A stretch of 64,000 nt of DNA from Armatimonadota bacterium (GCA_041690135.1 JAWLHY010000005.1:397487-461486), one strand, 5' to 3'; numbered from the stretch's first letter, positions 28,859 through 39,671 are shown. Numbers and translations are program-made. The notes: generated by a model not told the origin, from the sequence alone.

Positions 28859-30094
28859 ATGCGTTCCTCTCTCCCACACTTCATCGCTGTCGCCGCCGCG
28901 GTTCCCCTCACCCTACTCACGCTGCTTCCGGCGGCGCACGGGCAAAGACGAGATCCTGCACCGCCCGTTGTGATTGCTTCCAGCGCCGGCGACCTCCGCG
29001 TAGAGCGCCTGGCGACCCTTGAATATCCCTGGGGAATGGCCCGCCTGCCGGACGGAAGGCTGCTGATCACCGAGAAACCCGGGCGGCTGCGGATCTGGGA
29101 GGAAGGCCGGCTGTCCCAGCCCGTCCAGGGGGTGCCGCAGGTCGTCTACCGCGGCACCCGGGCGGAACAGGGCGGCCTGCTGGACGTCGAGATCGACCCC
29201 GACTTTCCGCGGAACCGGCTTGTCTATCTCTCTTACTCGGAGGCGGCGGAGAGGCAGCCCTCGGGCGCCGCGGAGACGGGCGATGTGCGGTTCGGCGATG
29301 CGCTGGACATGTCGGACAACCTCGTGAGAGGCGGGGCCGTTGCACGAGGCCGATTGGAGGGAAACCGGCTGCGCGACGTACGGGTGATTTGGCGTCAGGT
29401 GCCCAAGACGCTGGGCCGGGGCCACTTCGGAAATCGCCTGATCTTCGCGCCGGATGGTAAGCTGTTCATCACCTCCGGCGAGCGGATGCGCTTCGACCCG
29501 GCGCAGAGTCTCGATTCTAACCTGGGCAAGGTCGTCCGGATCAACCCGGACGGTTCGACTCCAATGGACAACCCCTTCGTCGGTCGGGAGGGGGCGCGAG
29601 GCGACATCTGGAGCTATGGCCATCGCAATATCCTCTCCGCCGCCTTCGATCCTTCCGGCCGGCTTTGGGCCTTCGAGATGGGGCCACTTGGCGGCGACGA
29701 GGTCAACCTAGTCCAGCGCGGTCGCAACTACGGCTGGCCCCTGGTCAGCAACGGCGACAACTACGCCGGCCCCTCCATCCCGGATCACCCTACGCGAAAG
29801 GAGTTCCAGGAGCCGGTGCGCTCGTGGACCCCGGTGGTTTCCCCCTCCGGTGCCGCCTTCTATCGCGGCTCACTCTTTCCCGGGTGGCGCGGCAGTGTGC
29901 TGGTCGGTGGCCTGTCCTCCCAGGCCCTGGTTCGCGTTGCTCTAGCCGGCGACCGTGTGGCCGTGGAAGAGCGGATAGACTTGCGGCGGCGAATCCGGGA
30001 CGTGCTTGAGACGCCGGACGGTGCTATTCTGCTCATCGTGGATGATCGCAGCGGCGACCTGTTGCGCTTGACTCCGGCCCGGTCGCGGCGCTGA
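28859..30094 (+). CDS. PQQ-dependent sugar dehydrogenase (GSDH/YliI-like)
   Basis: Signal peptide; LEYPWGMARLPDGRLLITEKPG, QGGLLDV, HFG, IWSYGHRN, GGDEVN, NYGWP. Confidence 0.92.
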   Translation: MRSSLPHFIAVAAAVPLTLLTLLPAAHGQRRDPAPPVVIASSAGDLRVERLATLEYPWGMARLPDGRLLITEKPGRLRIWEEGRLSQPVQGVPQVVYRGTRAEQGGLLDVEIDPDFPRNRLVYLSYSEAAERQPSGAAETGDVRFGDALDMSDNLVRGGAVARGRLEGNRLRDVRVIWRQVPKTLGRGHFGNRLIFAPDGKLFITSGERMRFDPAQSLDSNLGKVVRINPDGSTPMDNPFVGREGARGDIWSYGHRNILSAAFDPSGRLWAFEMGPLGGDEVNLVQRGRNYGWPLVSNGDNYAGPSIPDHPTRKEFQEPVRSWTPVVSPSGAAFYRGSLFPGWRGSVLVGGLSSQALVRVALAGDRVAVEERIDLRRRIRDVLETPDGAILLIVDDRSGDLLRLTPARSRR

Positions 30095-30130
30095 GCCCCG
30101 CGCCCCCTGCAGTGGAGGTGGACACGGAGC

Positions 30131-30712
30131 ATGGTCCAACTGGTCTGGGATTCGCTGGGCGCCTTGCTGGGCCTCACCGGCGAGATCGAGGACGTTAACG
30201 CCCTCCAGATGGCGCTGCGAGCCGTCACGATCTATGCCTTTACCCTGACGATCGTGCGCCTCGGCAGCAAGCGGTTCCTGGGCAAGGCGACGGCCTTTGA
30301 CATCATCGTAGGGATCATGATCGGTTCCGTCATGAGCCGGGCGATCAACGGTTCGGCCCCCTTCTTCCCCACCCTAGCCGCCGGCGCGGCGATGATCGGG
30401 CTCCACTGGATCTTCGCGGGACTGGCGTTCCACACGAGTTGGTTCGGCACGCTCGTTAAGGGAAACCCGGTCTTACTGATCCGGGATGGCGAAATACAGC
30501 AGGAGGGGATGCAACGGGCGAACCTCTCCGAAAACGATTTGGCGGAGGCACTTCGGTTGCAAGCCAATCTCACGGACCCATCGAAAGTCCGCCTTGCCTA
30601 CCTGGAGCGAGACGGCAGCATTAGCGTCATCCCGGCCGGGCGGGAGCTACATGTCCTCGATGTGTCCGTCGAGGAAGGGGTACAAACGGTAAGGGTCGAG
30701 TTCGAGCGATGA
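30131..30712 (+). CDS. DUF421/YetF family membrane protein
   Basis: RLGSKR...TAFD, LIRDGEI, AYLERDGSISVI. Confidence 0.88.
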   Translation: MVQLVWDSLGALLGLTGEIEDVNALQMALRAVTIYAFTLTIVRLGSKRFLGKATAFDIIVGIMIGSVMSRAINGSAPFFPTLAAGAAMIGLHWIFAGLAFHTSWFGTLVKGNPVLLIRDGEIQQEGMQRANLSENDLAEALRLQANLTDPSKVRLAYLERDGSISVIPAGRELHVLDVSVEEGVQTVRVEFER

Positions 30713-30884
30713 ATCCCTATCAGTGTTGGGCAATGCAGCTTGGCCGCCCTATCCCTATCCGTGAGTGGAAAGTGAAGCGAGCCAAACAGGCGATGGATGC
30801 GCGGGCAGCGATCAAAAGCAGCCTGGAGCCGGAACGTGCCGCCAGGACCCGGACTATTCTCTCACAAACCGTGCACGTCTCCGT

Positions 30885-31583
30885 TCAGAGATCCCTCGGT
30901 CCCGTCGGGAGGTCCGGGATTGGGGATGAAGCTTCCGCCTCGTGGAACAGCGCTCGCAGGTCTAATGGCTTGGTGAACATCGCGATCCTGCCTTCCGGCG
31001 ACCGCGGCCATTGCTCCCGAGGGCGGTCCCAGTAGAGCTCGATGCCGTTGCCGTCCGGATCGCTGAGGTAGAGAGCCTCGCTGACGCCGTGGTCGCTGGC
31101 GCCGTGCAGCGGGATGCCCGCGGCGAGGAGCCGCCGCAGCGCATAGGCCAGTTCGGTCCGCGAGGGGTAAAGGATGGCGAAATGATAGAGGCCGGTGGTA
31201 CCCGGTGGAGGCGGCGAGCCGCCCGCGCTCTCCCAGGTGTTCAACCCGATGTGGTGGTGATAGCCACCGGCGGACACGAATGCAGCCTGCGAGCCGTACC
31301 GCTGGGTCAACTCGAAACCGAGCACGCCACAGTAGAAGGCGATCGCCCGCTCCAGGTCAGCCACTTTGAGGTGAACGTGCCCGATGCAAACGCCCTTCGT
31401 GATCGGGCGCCGGACGGGGTCCTCACCGATCTCGCTCTTCCGGGCGACGGCCGGCGGATCCTTCGTTCCCAGCGTCCAACCCGGCGGGTCGCTCGCCGGA
31501 AAGGTTTCTTCCAGCGTCCGGTCGATCTCATCTTCCGTCGAATAAGTGTGGGGGGTGCCTGATGTGCTCATTGGGTTGCTCAT
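30885..31583 (-). CDS. VOC/glyoxalase family protein (catechol dioxygenase-like) with an N-terminal ETFPASDPP extension
   Basis: IGHVHLKVADLER, GGYHHHIGLNTW, GLYHFAIL, DHGVSEALYLSDPDGNGIELY. Start uncertain. Confidence 0.88.
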   Translation of the reverse strand: MSNPMSTSGTPHTYSTEDEIDRTLEETFPASDPPGWTLGTKDPPAVARKSEIGEDPVRRPITKGVCIGHVHLKVADLERAIAFYCGVLGFELTQRYGSQAAFVSAGGYHHHIGLNTWESAGGSPPPPGTTGLYHFAILYPSRTELAYALRRLLAAGIPLHGASDHGVSEALYLSDPDGNGIELYWDRPREQWPRSPEGRIAMFTKPLDLRALFHEAEASSPIPDLPTGPRDL

Positions 31584-32263
31584 GGGGTCCGCATGGTGCC
31601 GGACGGAATGCAGATTCAGTACCCCGCTGCTTCCGGCCGCAAACTGCCCGCGTGCTTGGGGATCTTCCCTGGACCCGCTCGAAAGGGATATGCGGAACTG
31701 TCTCACCGGACTGCAGGAGCACCGGTAATCCAGCGGGCGACCCCCCATCATCCCAGCAGGCCTCCAGTAAACCCATGATGCTCCCGGTGAGCGCCGCCGC
31801 CCGATACCGGCGCGGATGCGACGGACTCCCATGTCCGCGACCTTGAATGTTGGCTGGGGTCTTTGTAGTGCGAAGGGGAAAGAGCCAGAACGCCAGCGCG
31901 ACACGCAGCACGGACGGCGTCAGCAGCCAGGAGCGTTTAACTCCTCCGCACCAGGGGAAGAGGTCCCCGTCATTGCGCGGGAGCAGCCGGGTGAATTAAA
32001 GGCTCCCATGAGATCGAGAGCCGCGTTGACGACCGGGCTGCTTGCGGGAGTTGTGCTGAGGCCGCTCCAGCCCAGGTATTGCGTCAGATCCTGAAAGGCG
32101 GCGGCGTTGTAGCGGTGGCGGACCGGCTCGGACCGCAGATCGACGGAGCGCACAATCAGCTGATCGGGCCGCGGCTTCGCGTACTTCTTCGGCTCCATCG
32201 CCGGCGAAGGGAGTGGTATCCCTCGCTCCCTGGTATGGACCGGTCGCCAAGAAGGAGAATCCC

Positions 32264-32570
32264 ATGACCACGTACCGGGTCGGCTACTTCATCGGAAGCA
32301 TCGCCAGGGCGTCGATCAACCGCACGCTCTCAAAAGCGCTCATTCGTCTTGCGCCAGCCGGTCTGGAGTTTGTGGAAATCCCCATTAAGGATCTTCCGCT
32401 CTACAGCTACGACTACGACGAGGATTATCCGCCGGAGGGAAGGGCGCTCAAAGAGGCCATCGCCCGCGTCGACGCGGTCCTGTTCGTGACCCCGGAATAC
32501 AATCGCTCCATCCCAGGCGGACTCAAGAACGCCATCGACTGGGCGAGTCGCCCCTGGGGAACGAATTCCT
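32264..32570 (+). pseudogene. NADPH-dependent FMN reductase, 3'-truncated
   Basis: AAGGAG RBS; GSIARASINR, FVTPEYNRSIPGGLKNAIDWASRPWG; homology stops after about 100 aa. Confidence 0.8.
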
Positions 32571-33282
32571 TGTGCGTCGACGGCAAAGCCAGGCAGGGGG
32601 GCGGCTTCCTCTTCGCCCGCCCAGGGCGTTCGTGCGGGCGCTGCATTTCGCGGTTCTTGCTTCCTCGTCTTCATGGTTTTCGCTCATTGGGCCGCGCAAC
32701 GGGTCCGCGTTGTTTCATCCGGAGCGCCCGGAATGTGAGTTCTTCCCCGCGATCAGGTCCGCCGTGTGCTCTTCCACCGCCTCCAGAAATCCCTGGGCCG
32801 GGTGCCGCTCTCGGAACTCGGACACCGGAAGCAGCGCTCGTCCCACTCTGACCTGCACGTGCGCCTCCGAAAACTAGAGGCGCCTGTCCACTCGGTTCCG
32901 CGACACGCGCCGCAGCACGTGGTCTTTGACGCTGCCGAAGGTCATACACGGATCCTCGCGCGTCCCCAATCTTTGACTTCCCAACCCAAGCAGATCATAA
33001 CCGCTCGCAGTCGCTTCCATCCTCATCACGCACTGTGGCATACCCACAAGAAGCCGGGCCGGACCTCGATCCCGGAGAAGCCCGGAGCGACGGCCGGCGC
33101 CTTCCGCACTGTGCGCGGAAACTTGGGCCCCGGTGTCTTCCTGCAGGCCGCCCACCGTACTCATGCGCGCCAGGATGCCGGACGCCCTTCCCGTTCCAGG
33201 TAGTGCTCGGCGTCCAGGAAGATCATGCACGGCGAACTCGACCCCGCCCGGCCCGGCTGCACCCACACAGTCCGCTCCGAGC

Positions 33283-34128
33283 TCAGCAGGTCACAGCTGA
33301 AGGCGGTACTCTCGAATGGATCCATGCTTGCCTGACATCCAACGCTAACTGCACGGCGGGACTGGTCGAGTTGGGGTAAGCGATGGTGGTCCGTTTGCCC
33401 GCCGGGATCAAGGTTCCTAGCCTCCGTGGGGGCTCTTTGGAGGAGTGGCATCGTTCCAGGAGTGAAATCACCTGGTCGTAGCGCCTGAGAAATTCGCGCT
33501 CCGACGGCTGCGGACTCCTACCGTAGAGCTCCTGTGCCCGAGCTTTATGCGCTCGCACATAGGAATGCACGGAAAACCTGCACCCTTTCCACTGGGAGTC
33601 TTCGCCTTCCACAAAGGTCGCCTTCGGATCGGCGCCATGCTTCAGCAGCAGGCGCACCAGTTCGACGTTCCCCCCACTGCCGGCGAGGGCCAGGACAGTC
33701 GGCGCATCGCCCTCTCGGCGCTCCACATCGATTCCACGGTCAACCAGGTTTCTTACCGCAGCGTTGTAGTCGTACGCGACTGCGATCGGAAGCAAACGGT
33801 GGCAGAGCGTGTCGTTCGGATTTGGACGACTTTCGATGACGGCCAGCATCATGCCGGCAGCCTTTGCATGGTTGTATTCGTTGATGAACTCCGGGTGAAC
33901 GACTTCCATCAGCGCATCATAGAGAGCCTCCTGGTGCCACCTTTCGTCCTGGGTGGCGCGGTTATCCGCCAGCCACTGCCGCAGTGCGCCTATGTCGCCA
34001 GATCGGAATACGGAAAACAAATGCCGATTCGAAGCAGATGCCATCCATCCGGCATGCACCCGGTCCACTGCTGCCAGGATTGTCAGCAGGCAGATGCCCA
34101 GCACCAGCACGTGTCTTGAGAAGTTCAT
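33283..34128 (-). CDS. Secreted ankyrin-repeat protein
   Basis: Signal peptide; AVRNLVDRGIDV and TVLALAGSGGNVELVRLLLKHGADP ankyrin repeats. Confidence 0.72.
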   Translation of the reverse strand: MNFSRHVLVLGICLLTILAAVDRVHAGWMASASNRHLFSVFRSGDIGALRQWLADNRATQDERWHQEALYDALMEVVHPEFINEYNHAKAAGMMLAVIESRPNPNDTLCHRLLPIAVAYDYNAAVRNLVDRGIDVERREGDAPTVLALAGSGGNVELVRLLLKHGADPKATFVEGEDSQWKGCRFSVHSYVRAHKARAQELYGRSPQPSEREFLRRYDQVISLLERCHSSKEPPRRLGTLIPAGKRTTIAYPNSTSPAVQLALDVRQAWIHSRVPPSAVTC

Positions 34129-34355
34129 CGCAGATAGATCCGACCTATCCCGTCGTGAGCCCAAGCCGATCGAACTACCCCATCCTCGAAATGCGGTGGG
34201 AACACCCGCCGCATGGGGATGATCCGGCTCAAGCACCAAATTGCCGCCCCGTGCAGACAGACTCCACCTTCGGCCAACAGGGAATTCCGGGTTGTTCTAT
34301 CGAACATCCATGACAACACGGGCCCGCGCGTGGGGTCCTCTCGGAGGTTTTCAGG

Positions 34356-35636
34356 ATGAGTGAATCGATCGATCGGCGCCGGCTACTTGGCGTCGCGGCC
34401 GGTGCAGCGGTAGGGCTGGGCGCGCGCCCGGCCCGGGCTCTCGGTTCGAATAACCGGATCGTCGTGGGGGTGATGGGCATGGGCGGACGCGGGACCGCCC
34501 TGGCGAAGGGCTTCCAGCAGCAGCCGAACGTGGAGGTCGCTTACACCTGCGATGTCGATCAGGCGCGGGCCGAGAAGGCCGCCGCGGAGGTCGCGAAGGT
34601 ATCCGGGGGACGCGCTCCCGCCGCAATCACCGATTTCCGCCGTATCCTTGAGGACAAGGCGGTGGACGTCCTTGTGGTGGCCACCAGCAACCACTGGCAC
34701 GCCCCGGCCGCCATCCTGGGCGCCACCGCCGGCAAGCATGTCTACGTGGAGAAGCCGTGCAGCCATAACGCCCGCGAGGGGGAGTTGATGGTCGAGGCCG
34801 CCCGGAAGTACGACCGTCGCATGCAGATGGGCAACCAGCGCCGCACCTGGCCGAAGGTCCGCGAGGGGATCGAGCTGGTCCGGAATGGCGAGATCGGCCG
34901 GGTCACCTTCGCGGAGTGCTGGTACACCAACTCCCGTGGGAGCATTGGTAAGGGGAAGTCCGCACCGGTGCCCGCGGGGTTGGACTACGATCTGTGGCAG
35001 GGTCCCGCGCCGCGCAAGGCGTTCCGCGACAATTACCTGCACTACAACTGGCACTGGTTCTGGCACTGGGGCAACGGCGAGCTGGGCAACAACGGCATCC
35101 ACACGCTCGACCTCTGCCGCTGGGGCCTGGGCGTGGACTACCCGGTCCAGGTAACCTCCCTGGGCGGCCGCTACCGCTTCCAGGACGACCAGGAAACGCC
35201 GGACACTAACATGGTCACCTACACCTTTCCGGACGGCAAGATGGCGACCTGGCATGGCCTGAGCTGCAACCGGCATCCGGACGGCCAGAAGGCCGATGCG
35301 GTCTTCTACGGGGAGAACGGCAGCCTGGCAATCCGGGGCGGTGGTTATGCGCTCTACGATGCTGCGGGCAAGGAAGTGAAGAAGGTGACCGGCCCCGCCG
35401 GCGATGCCAGCCACATTGCCAACTTCCTCGACGCGGTTCGCGGCGAGGGGAAGCTGAACAGCGAGATCGAGGAAGGTCACAAGAGCACCCTGATGTGCCA
35501 CGTCGGCAACATCGCCTACCGGGCCGGCAAGGTGCTCCGGTGCAACCCCAAAGACGGCCACCTCGTCGGCGAGAAGGGCCTGATGAACGAGCACTGGAGC
35601 CGCGAGTACGCGAAGGGCTGGGAGCCCAAGGTCTAG
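34356..35636 (+). CDS. Tat-exported Gfo/Idh/MocA oxidoreductase
   Basis: DRRRLL Tat motif, GMGGRG, HVYVEKP, GNQRR, WHWFW, GELGNNGIH. Confidence 0.92.
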   Translation: MSESIDRRRLLGVAAGAAVGLGARPARALGSNNRIVVGVMGMGGRGTALAKGFQQQPNVEVAYTCDVDQARAEKAAAEVAKVSGGRAPAAITDFRRILEDKAVDVLVVATSNHWHAPAAILGATAGKHVYVEKPCSHNAREGELMVEAARKYDRRMQMGNQRRTWPKVREGIELVRNGEIGRVTFAECWYTNSRGSIGKGKSAPVPAGLDYDLWQGPAPRKAFRDNYLHYNWHWFWHWGNGELGNNGIHTLDLCRWGLGVDYPVQVTSLGGRYRFQDDQETPDTNMVTYTFPDGKMATWHGLSCNRHPDGQKADAVFYGENGSLAIRGGGYALYDAAGKEVKKVTGPAGDASHIANFLDAVRGEGKLNSEIEEGHKSTLMCHVGNIAYRAGKVLRCNPKDGHLVGEKGLMNEHWSREYAKGWEPKV

Positions 35637-35948
35637 CGCATCCCCCGTGGCCGCTTACGAATCGAAAGCCACAGATTGCACAGATTGAGGAAATGATGGA
35701 GGGGCTCCGCGAGTGTGCGGAGCCCCTTCTGCGCAGGCGCCATTCGCAGTTCCGGGAGCAACTCCGGTAATCACATAGCGTCCCCGAATGGCCATAAATG
35801 TGCGAAAGGCATGGATTGGTTCTCCACACGACTGGAGCGGGGAAGGGTGCTTGACGAACTCTCTACCGGTACGCTTCTAGGAGCTATTCAGTAGTTCATC
35901 CATGCTCCAGGCAGATGTAGGCCAACCGGGAACAGTCTTTTGTAAGGT

Positions 35949-37679
35949 CTAAACTCTCCGCAGGGGCTGGGAGAACAGCATATCCACGATGGGAATGGGT
36001 GCGGGGAACTGCTGACCACCGCCGAAGAACTCCGGTCCGGTGGTCGCCTTCCGGTCGTGGAGCTGCGCGATGGTGGAGACGTCCATTCTCCCCAGGATCA
36101 CGGGGGTGAGCGGCTCCCCCATCCGGTGGGTGGATGGGTAAGCAAAAGCCTCGATCCGCACGAAGAGCGGGCGCAGGGTGCCGTCGCCGTTCCGTTCCAG
36201 CGGGAATTCCGCCTCGGTGCGATCCACGATCTTCTCGATGCCCCGGTCCGTGACGAACCGGATCTGGACGTTCGGCCTGCGGGTACGGTCGTGTCCCGTC
36301 ACCGAAACCCGTACTGCGGTAGGTCGGCCTTCACGGTCGCGCCGGACCGTGATCTCCCGAAAGCGGAAGTTGCTCTGGTCGTAGGGGGGTGCCACCTCCC
36401 CTTTCTCGTTCGTCGCCAGGGAACCGATGAGCCCAAAAAACGCTCCCCGGCGATAGGCCACCAGGGCATCCCGCTCTCGCTGCTCCCGAGTGCGGCCTTG
36501 TGGGTTGGGGACGAGCAGGACGTTTCGACCCCTGGCGAAGGTGCGGTGGTCCTTGACGAAGAACCCCCAGCAGCGGCGCCCGGTCCGCAAGATCTCATCC
36601 CAGAGTTGATAGAAGTGGAGGTGAGGACCCGGGTTCGCGTTGTAGAAGCCACCGGGCGCGCCGAAGCCGGTCGTCAGTTCGTTCCATACCTCGATGCCGA
36701 GGACGCGCGGATCGAAGTCCAGCATCGGGAGGTAGTCGCTCACTTTCCCGGTGGGATGGTTCAGGGTGATCCCGCCGCCGTCCGGAAAGAGCAATCCTCC
36801 CTCTTCCCCCTCTCCATCCAGCGCGGCCCGGAAGACGTCGCGCCAGGGCCGGTTGGTCCCCTGCATCAAGCGGAACTGGGTTACGGCGGTGCGATCCGGA
36901 TCGTAACGGAGCAGGGTCTCCAGGGCGGTGGAGGTCGTGCGCAGGTAGATCGAGCCACCAGTCACCGGCCGGTCCCGGACCGGCCCCTTCGGCGCGAAGG
37001 AAGCGCGCGGATCGCATTCCACCGCGCCGTCTATCGTGAGGGTGGCGCCGGGATTTCCAGCTTGTCCGGGCCTCGAGGTGAGCCGGACGTCCAGTCGGTA
37101 GACACCGAGCCAGGGACGCCGCTCCGCGTTGAACAGGTTGAGGCCTTCGAAGCGATGTCGCAGGGGAGAGGCGGAGAGTTCCTTGCTGCTCAGGCTGCTT
37201 CCGTGCCCGGTGGATAGCCGGCTGCCCAGGCCGTTGAAGTGCAGCCCGCTGTCCACGAACGAGTGCTGTTCCGCATTCGGGGCGCCAATCACGTCCGGGT
37301 GCGTCCGGAGGTAGGCGTCGGGGACGGGAGTGGGCGCCGATGGGTAGTAGTTGCTGAACGCGAAGTGCCGGTAGCCCATCGCGTAGAACACGTCGCGTGA
37401 GCTGTCGTTCTGGCCCTGGTGCTGGTGCGACATGGAGTGCAGGTAGGTGTGATTCCCCCATTCCACTCCAGAATACGGGTTGTCGAGGTCTCGGCCCGGA
37501 GCGGCTGCGTGTGTCGCTTTTTCGACACCTCTACACTCCTCGGCGCCCACCGCGCCCAATCCGCCGGCAGCGCCCGATAGACCCAGCACCGATACTACAA
37601 AGTTTCTTCGGTCCACTCCTCTACTCCTGAAGAATCGCCTCACCAGTTCTCCCAGTCGATTGTCGGTCCCTTCACGCAT
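35949..37679 (-). CDS. Tat-exported PHP-like metallohydrolase
   Basis: DRRNF Tat motif; SHQH, SNYY, NAEQH, TLNHP, GIEVWN, WDEIL...KDH resemble divergent PHP motifs. Confidence 0.65.
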   Translation of the reverse strand: MREGTDNRLGELVRRFFRSRGVDRRNFVVSVLGLSGAAGGLGAVGAEECRGVEKATHAAAPGRDLDNPYSGVEWGNHTYLHSMSHQHQGQNDSSRDVFYAMGYRHFAFSNYYPSAPTPVPDAYLRTHPDVIGAPNAEQHSFVDSGLHFNGLGSRLSTGHGSSLSSKELSASPLRHRFEGLNLFNAERRPWLGVYRLDVRLTSRPGQAGNPGATLTIDGAVECDPRASFAPKGPVRDRPVTGGSIYLRTTSTALETLLRYDPDRTAVTQFRLMQGTNRPWRDVFRAALDGEGEEGGLLFPDGGGITLNHPTGKVSDYLPMLDFDPRVLGIEVWNELTTGFGAPGGFYNANPGPHLHFYQLWDEILRTGRRCWGFFVKDHRTFARGRNVLLVPNPQGRTREQRERDALVAYRRGAFFGLIGSLATNEKGEVAPPYDQSNFRFREITVRRDREGRPTAVRVSVTGHDRTRRPNVQIRFVTDRGIEKIVDRTEAEFPLERNGDGTLRPLFVRIEAFAYPSTHRMGEPLTPVILGRMDVSTIAQLHDRKATTGPEFFGGGQQFPAPIPIVDMLFSQPLRRV

Positions 37680-37986
37680 TGGTGGGTAACTTATGAGACG
37701 GGTGCTACGGGCGACGCGTTCCGGACCCTCGGGTGGCAAAGTTGTCAGTAGATCCCGTCAGGGCTATACTATGGGAAATCTTTGCTTCCCGAGGGTTTCC
37801 TGCCAAATGGCACTCAAGTCGCAATTATTGGGAACAACTTTACGATGCCTTGTCGCCGTGCCTTCCCCGAAGGTGGAAAGCTGGATGGCGGGGCGTTTCT
37901 CCGTGTTGTACCCGAACGTGCGACTCTTGCGGCTGCACGGTCTGCAATCTACTCCGGGATAGCGAGCGACTTATAGCGTTCAGTGC

Positions 37987-38020
37987 AAGCCCGGAGATCG
38001 TGCAGATCTCCGGGCTTTTT
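37987..38020 (+). terminator. Intrinsic terminator
   Basis: aagcccggagatc-gtgca-gatctccgggctt perfect stem ending in a T-run. Confidence 0.85.
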
Positions 38021-38309
38021 GTTGTTGGCCTCCCTGCAGTACGTTAACGGTCGGCGTGTGGATCGTCCCAATCTGGAGCAGTAGACTTGCAGATCGCCGA
38101 ATTCGTAGAGAAGATGATGTACACAATCGCGACAGTCAAATCCAAGAGTGTGTCCGGCCGGCCGGCCGTTATTCGGCCGCGGGTTGAGCCGGCACGAATG
38201 CCTGTTAACGACTCTGGCCGGAATGGGGATCGGCTGGCACTCTGGGCCTACGTTTTGTACGCACCGGACCCTCGCGGATAAATTACGTCGCTATTCGGAT
38301 AGGCAATGT

Positions 38310-38340
38310 AACCCCGAGGTCGGTAACCTCGGGGTTTTTT
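38310..38340 (+). terminator. Intrinsic terminator/attenuator upstream of the GreA-like gene
   Basis: aaccccgaggt-cggta-acctcggggtt followed by T-run. Confidence 0.85.
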
Positions 38341-38370
38341 GTATCCAAGGGACACGCCAGGGCGTGAGTT

Positions 38371-38733
38371 TTGGAAAGGAGTACGGTTGTGTTGGAGATT
38401 CAGGATCAACATGAACCTCGGCCAATGAGCTCGGCGGAGAGGATTGGCACAGGTTGCCGGGTTCGGCTGCTGGATGTGGATGAAGCCACCGAATGGGATG
38501 TGACGATTGTCGACAGTGAAGAGGCGGATCCACATGCGGACCGCATTTCGGACTGCTGCCCAATCGGGGAGGCTCTCCTGGGAAGGAAAGCGGGGGAGGT
38601 TGTCTGTGTGGCTATTCCGATGGGCACGGTGCAATACCGCGTGCTCTCGGTTTCTCTTCCCGACCCCGCCGTGATTGGCGGTAACGGCTGGCAGCCGGCA
38701 GTGTCGCTGGGCGCGGAAATGGAGGAGCCGTGA
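38371..38733 (+). CDS. GreA/GreB C-terminal domain protein (Rnk-like)
   Basis: IGTGCRVRL, TIVDSEEADP, ISDCCPIGEALLGRKAGE; no N-terminal coiled coil. Start may be the ATG at 38425. Confidence 0.75.
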   Translation: MERSTVVLEIQDQHEPRPMSSAERIGTGCRVRLLDVDEATEWDVTIVDSEEADPHADRISDCCPIGEALLGRKAGEVVCVAIPMGTVQYRVLSVSLPDPAVIGGNGWQPAVSLGAEMEEP

Positions 38734-39671
38734 TGCGTACCTGCGAACGCAGCTCTGAAAGTTTCGAGTTCCGGTTTGGGGTGGGGGTGGAGGGTGTTGA
38801 CGGTCCGGTCGGCACGCTGAGTGGCTTGCTGTTGGATCCGCACATCCGGCAGGTGGTGGGCCTGGGCATCCGGTCGGGTTTGCTGGGATCACACAGACTG
38901 TGGGTTCCCCTTGAAGTCGTCACTTCCGCTACGGAGGGAGAGGTCCGATTGGATCGGACGATGGAAGAAGTCCGGGAGTACCGCCAGCCGCCAGAGAAGC
39001 CGTTCCGGATGTGTACCTCGCCGCTTCACCCTGGTTCCACGGATTGGACCACGGCAATGTTTCCGGCCCCCTCCCTCCACCTTCCCGACGCGGTGCGGGT
39101 GGTTGCGCTGGATGGCACGGCCGGACGCGTGCGACGAGTTCTTGTCGATGCAGCTTCTCGTGTGATCCGTGAGGTCATCGTGGAATCCGGCTTCTTTAGC
39201 CGAGAGAGTCGCCGGCTGCCGGGGACCTGGGTTCGACGGATCTCGGGAACTGCCCTGGAGGTTGAAGCCACCCTCGCCGCCCTGGCCTTTCTTCCCCTGT
39301 TCCGTGGGGACCAGGAGATTCGGGCGGCTATCCTCGACGCCTGGTTCCATGACGACGTTCTTCGCCCGATGTTTCTCCGCGCACCTCTGGATGTGCAGGT
39401 GCGGCAAGGGGTGGCCATGCTCGAGGGTCACGCCTGGTCCGGTAGCGGACGCCGGCGGCTGGAAGCGCGGGCTCGCGCGGTTCCCGGCGTGCTGGAAGTC
39501 CGTTCCGCAATCGTAAGTGACGACGATTTGCCGCATGCGGTGGCCTCCTCGCTGGCGGATGATCCGCTCGGGCAGGAGTTGCGGCCTCGCATTCGGAGTT
39601 CACTGGGAGTCATCTCGCTTGAAGGCCAGACGCCGGACACCGCCACACGCGCGAATTCGCAGCGGATGTGA
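38730..39671 (+). CDS. PRC-barrel plus BON domain protein
   Basis: Two PRC-like segments (DGPVGTL, DGTAGRVRRVLVD) and a BON domain (VQVRQGVAMLEG...ARAVPGVLEV); second BON appears cut short. Confidence 0.72.
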   Translation: MMRTCERSSESFEFRFGVGVEGVDGPVGTLSGLLLDPHIRQVVGLGIRSGLLGSHRLWVPLEVVTSATEGEVRLDRTMEEVREYRQPPEKPFRMCTSPLHPGSTDWTTAMFPAPSLHLPDAVRVVALDGTAGRVRRVLVDAASRVIREVIVESGFFSRESRRLPGTWVRRISGTALEVEATLAALAFLPLFRGDQEIRAAILDAWFHDDVLRPMFLRAPLDVQVRQGVAMLEGHAWSGSGRRRLEARARAVPGVLEVRSAIVSDDDLPHAVASSLADDPLGQELRPRIRSSLGVISLEGQTPDTATRANSQRM

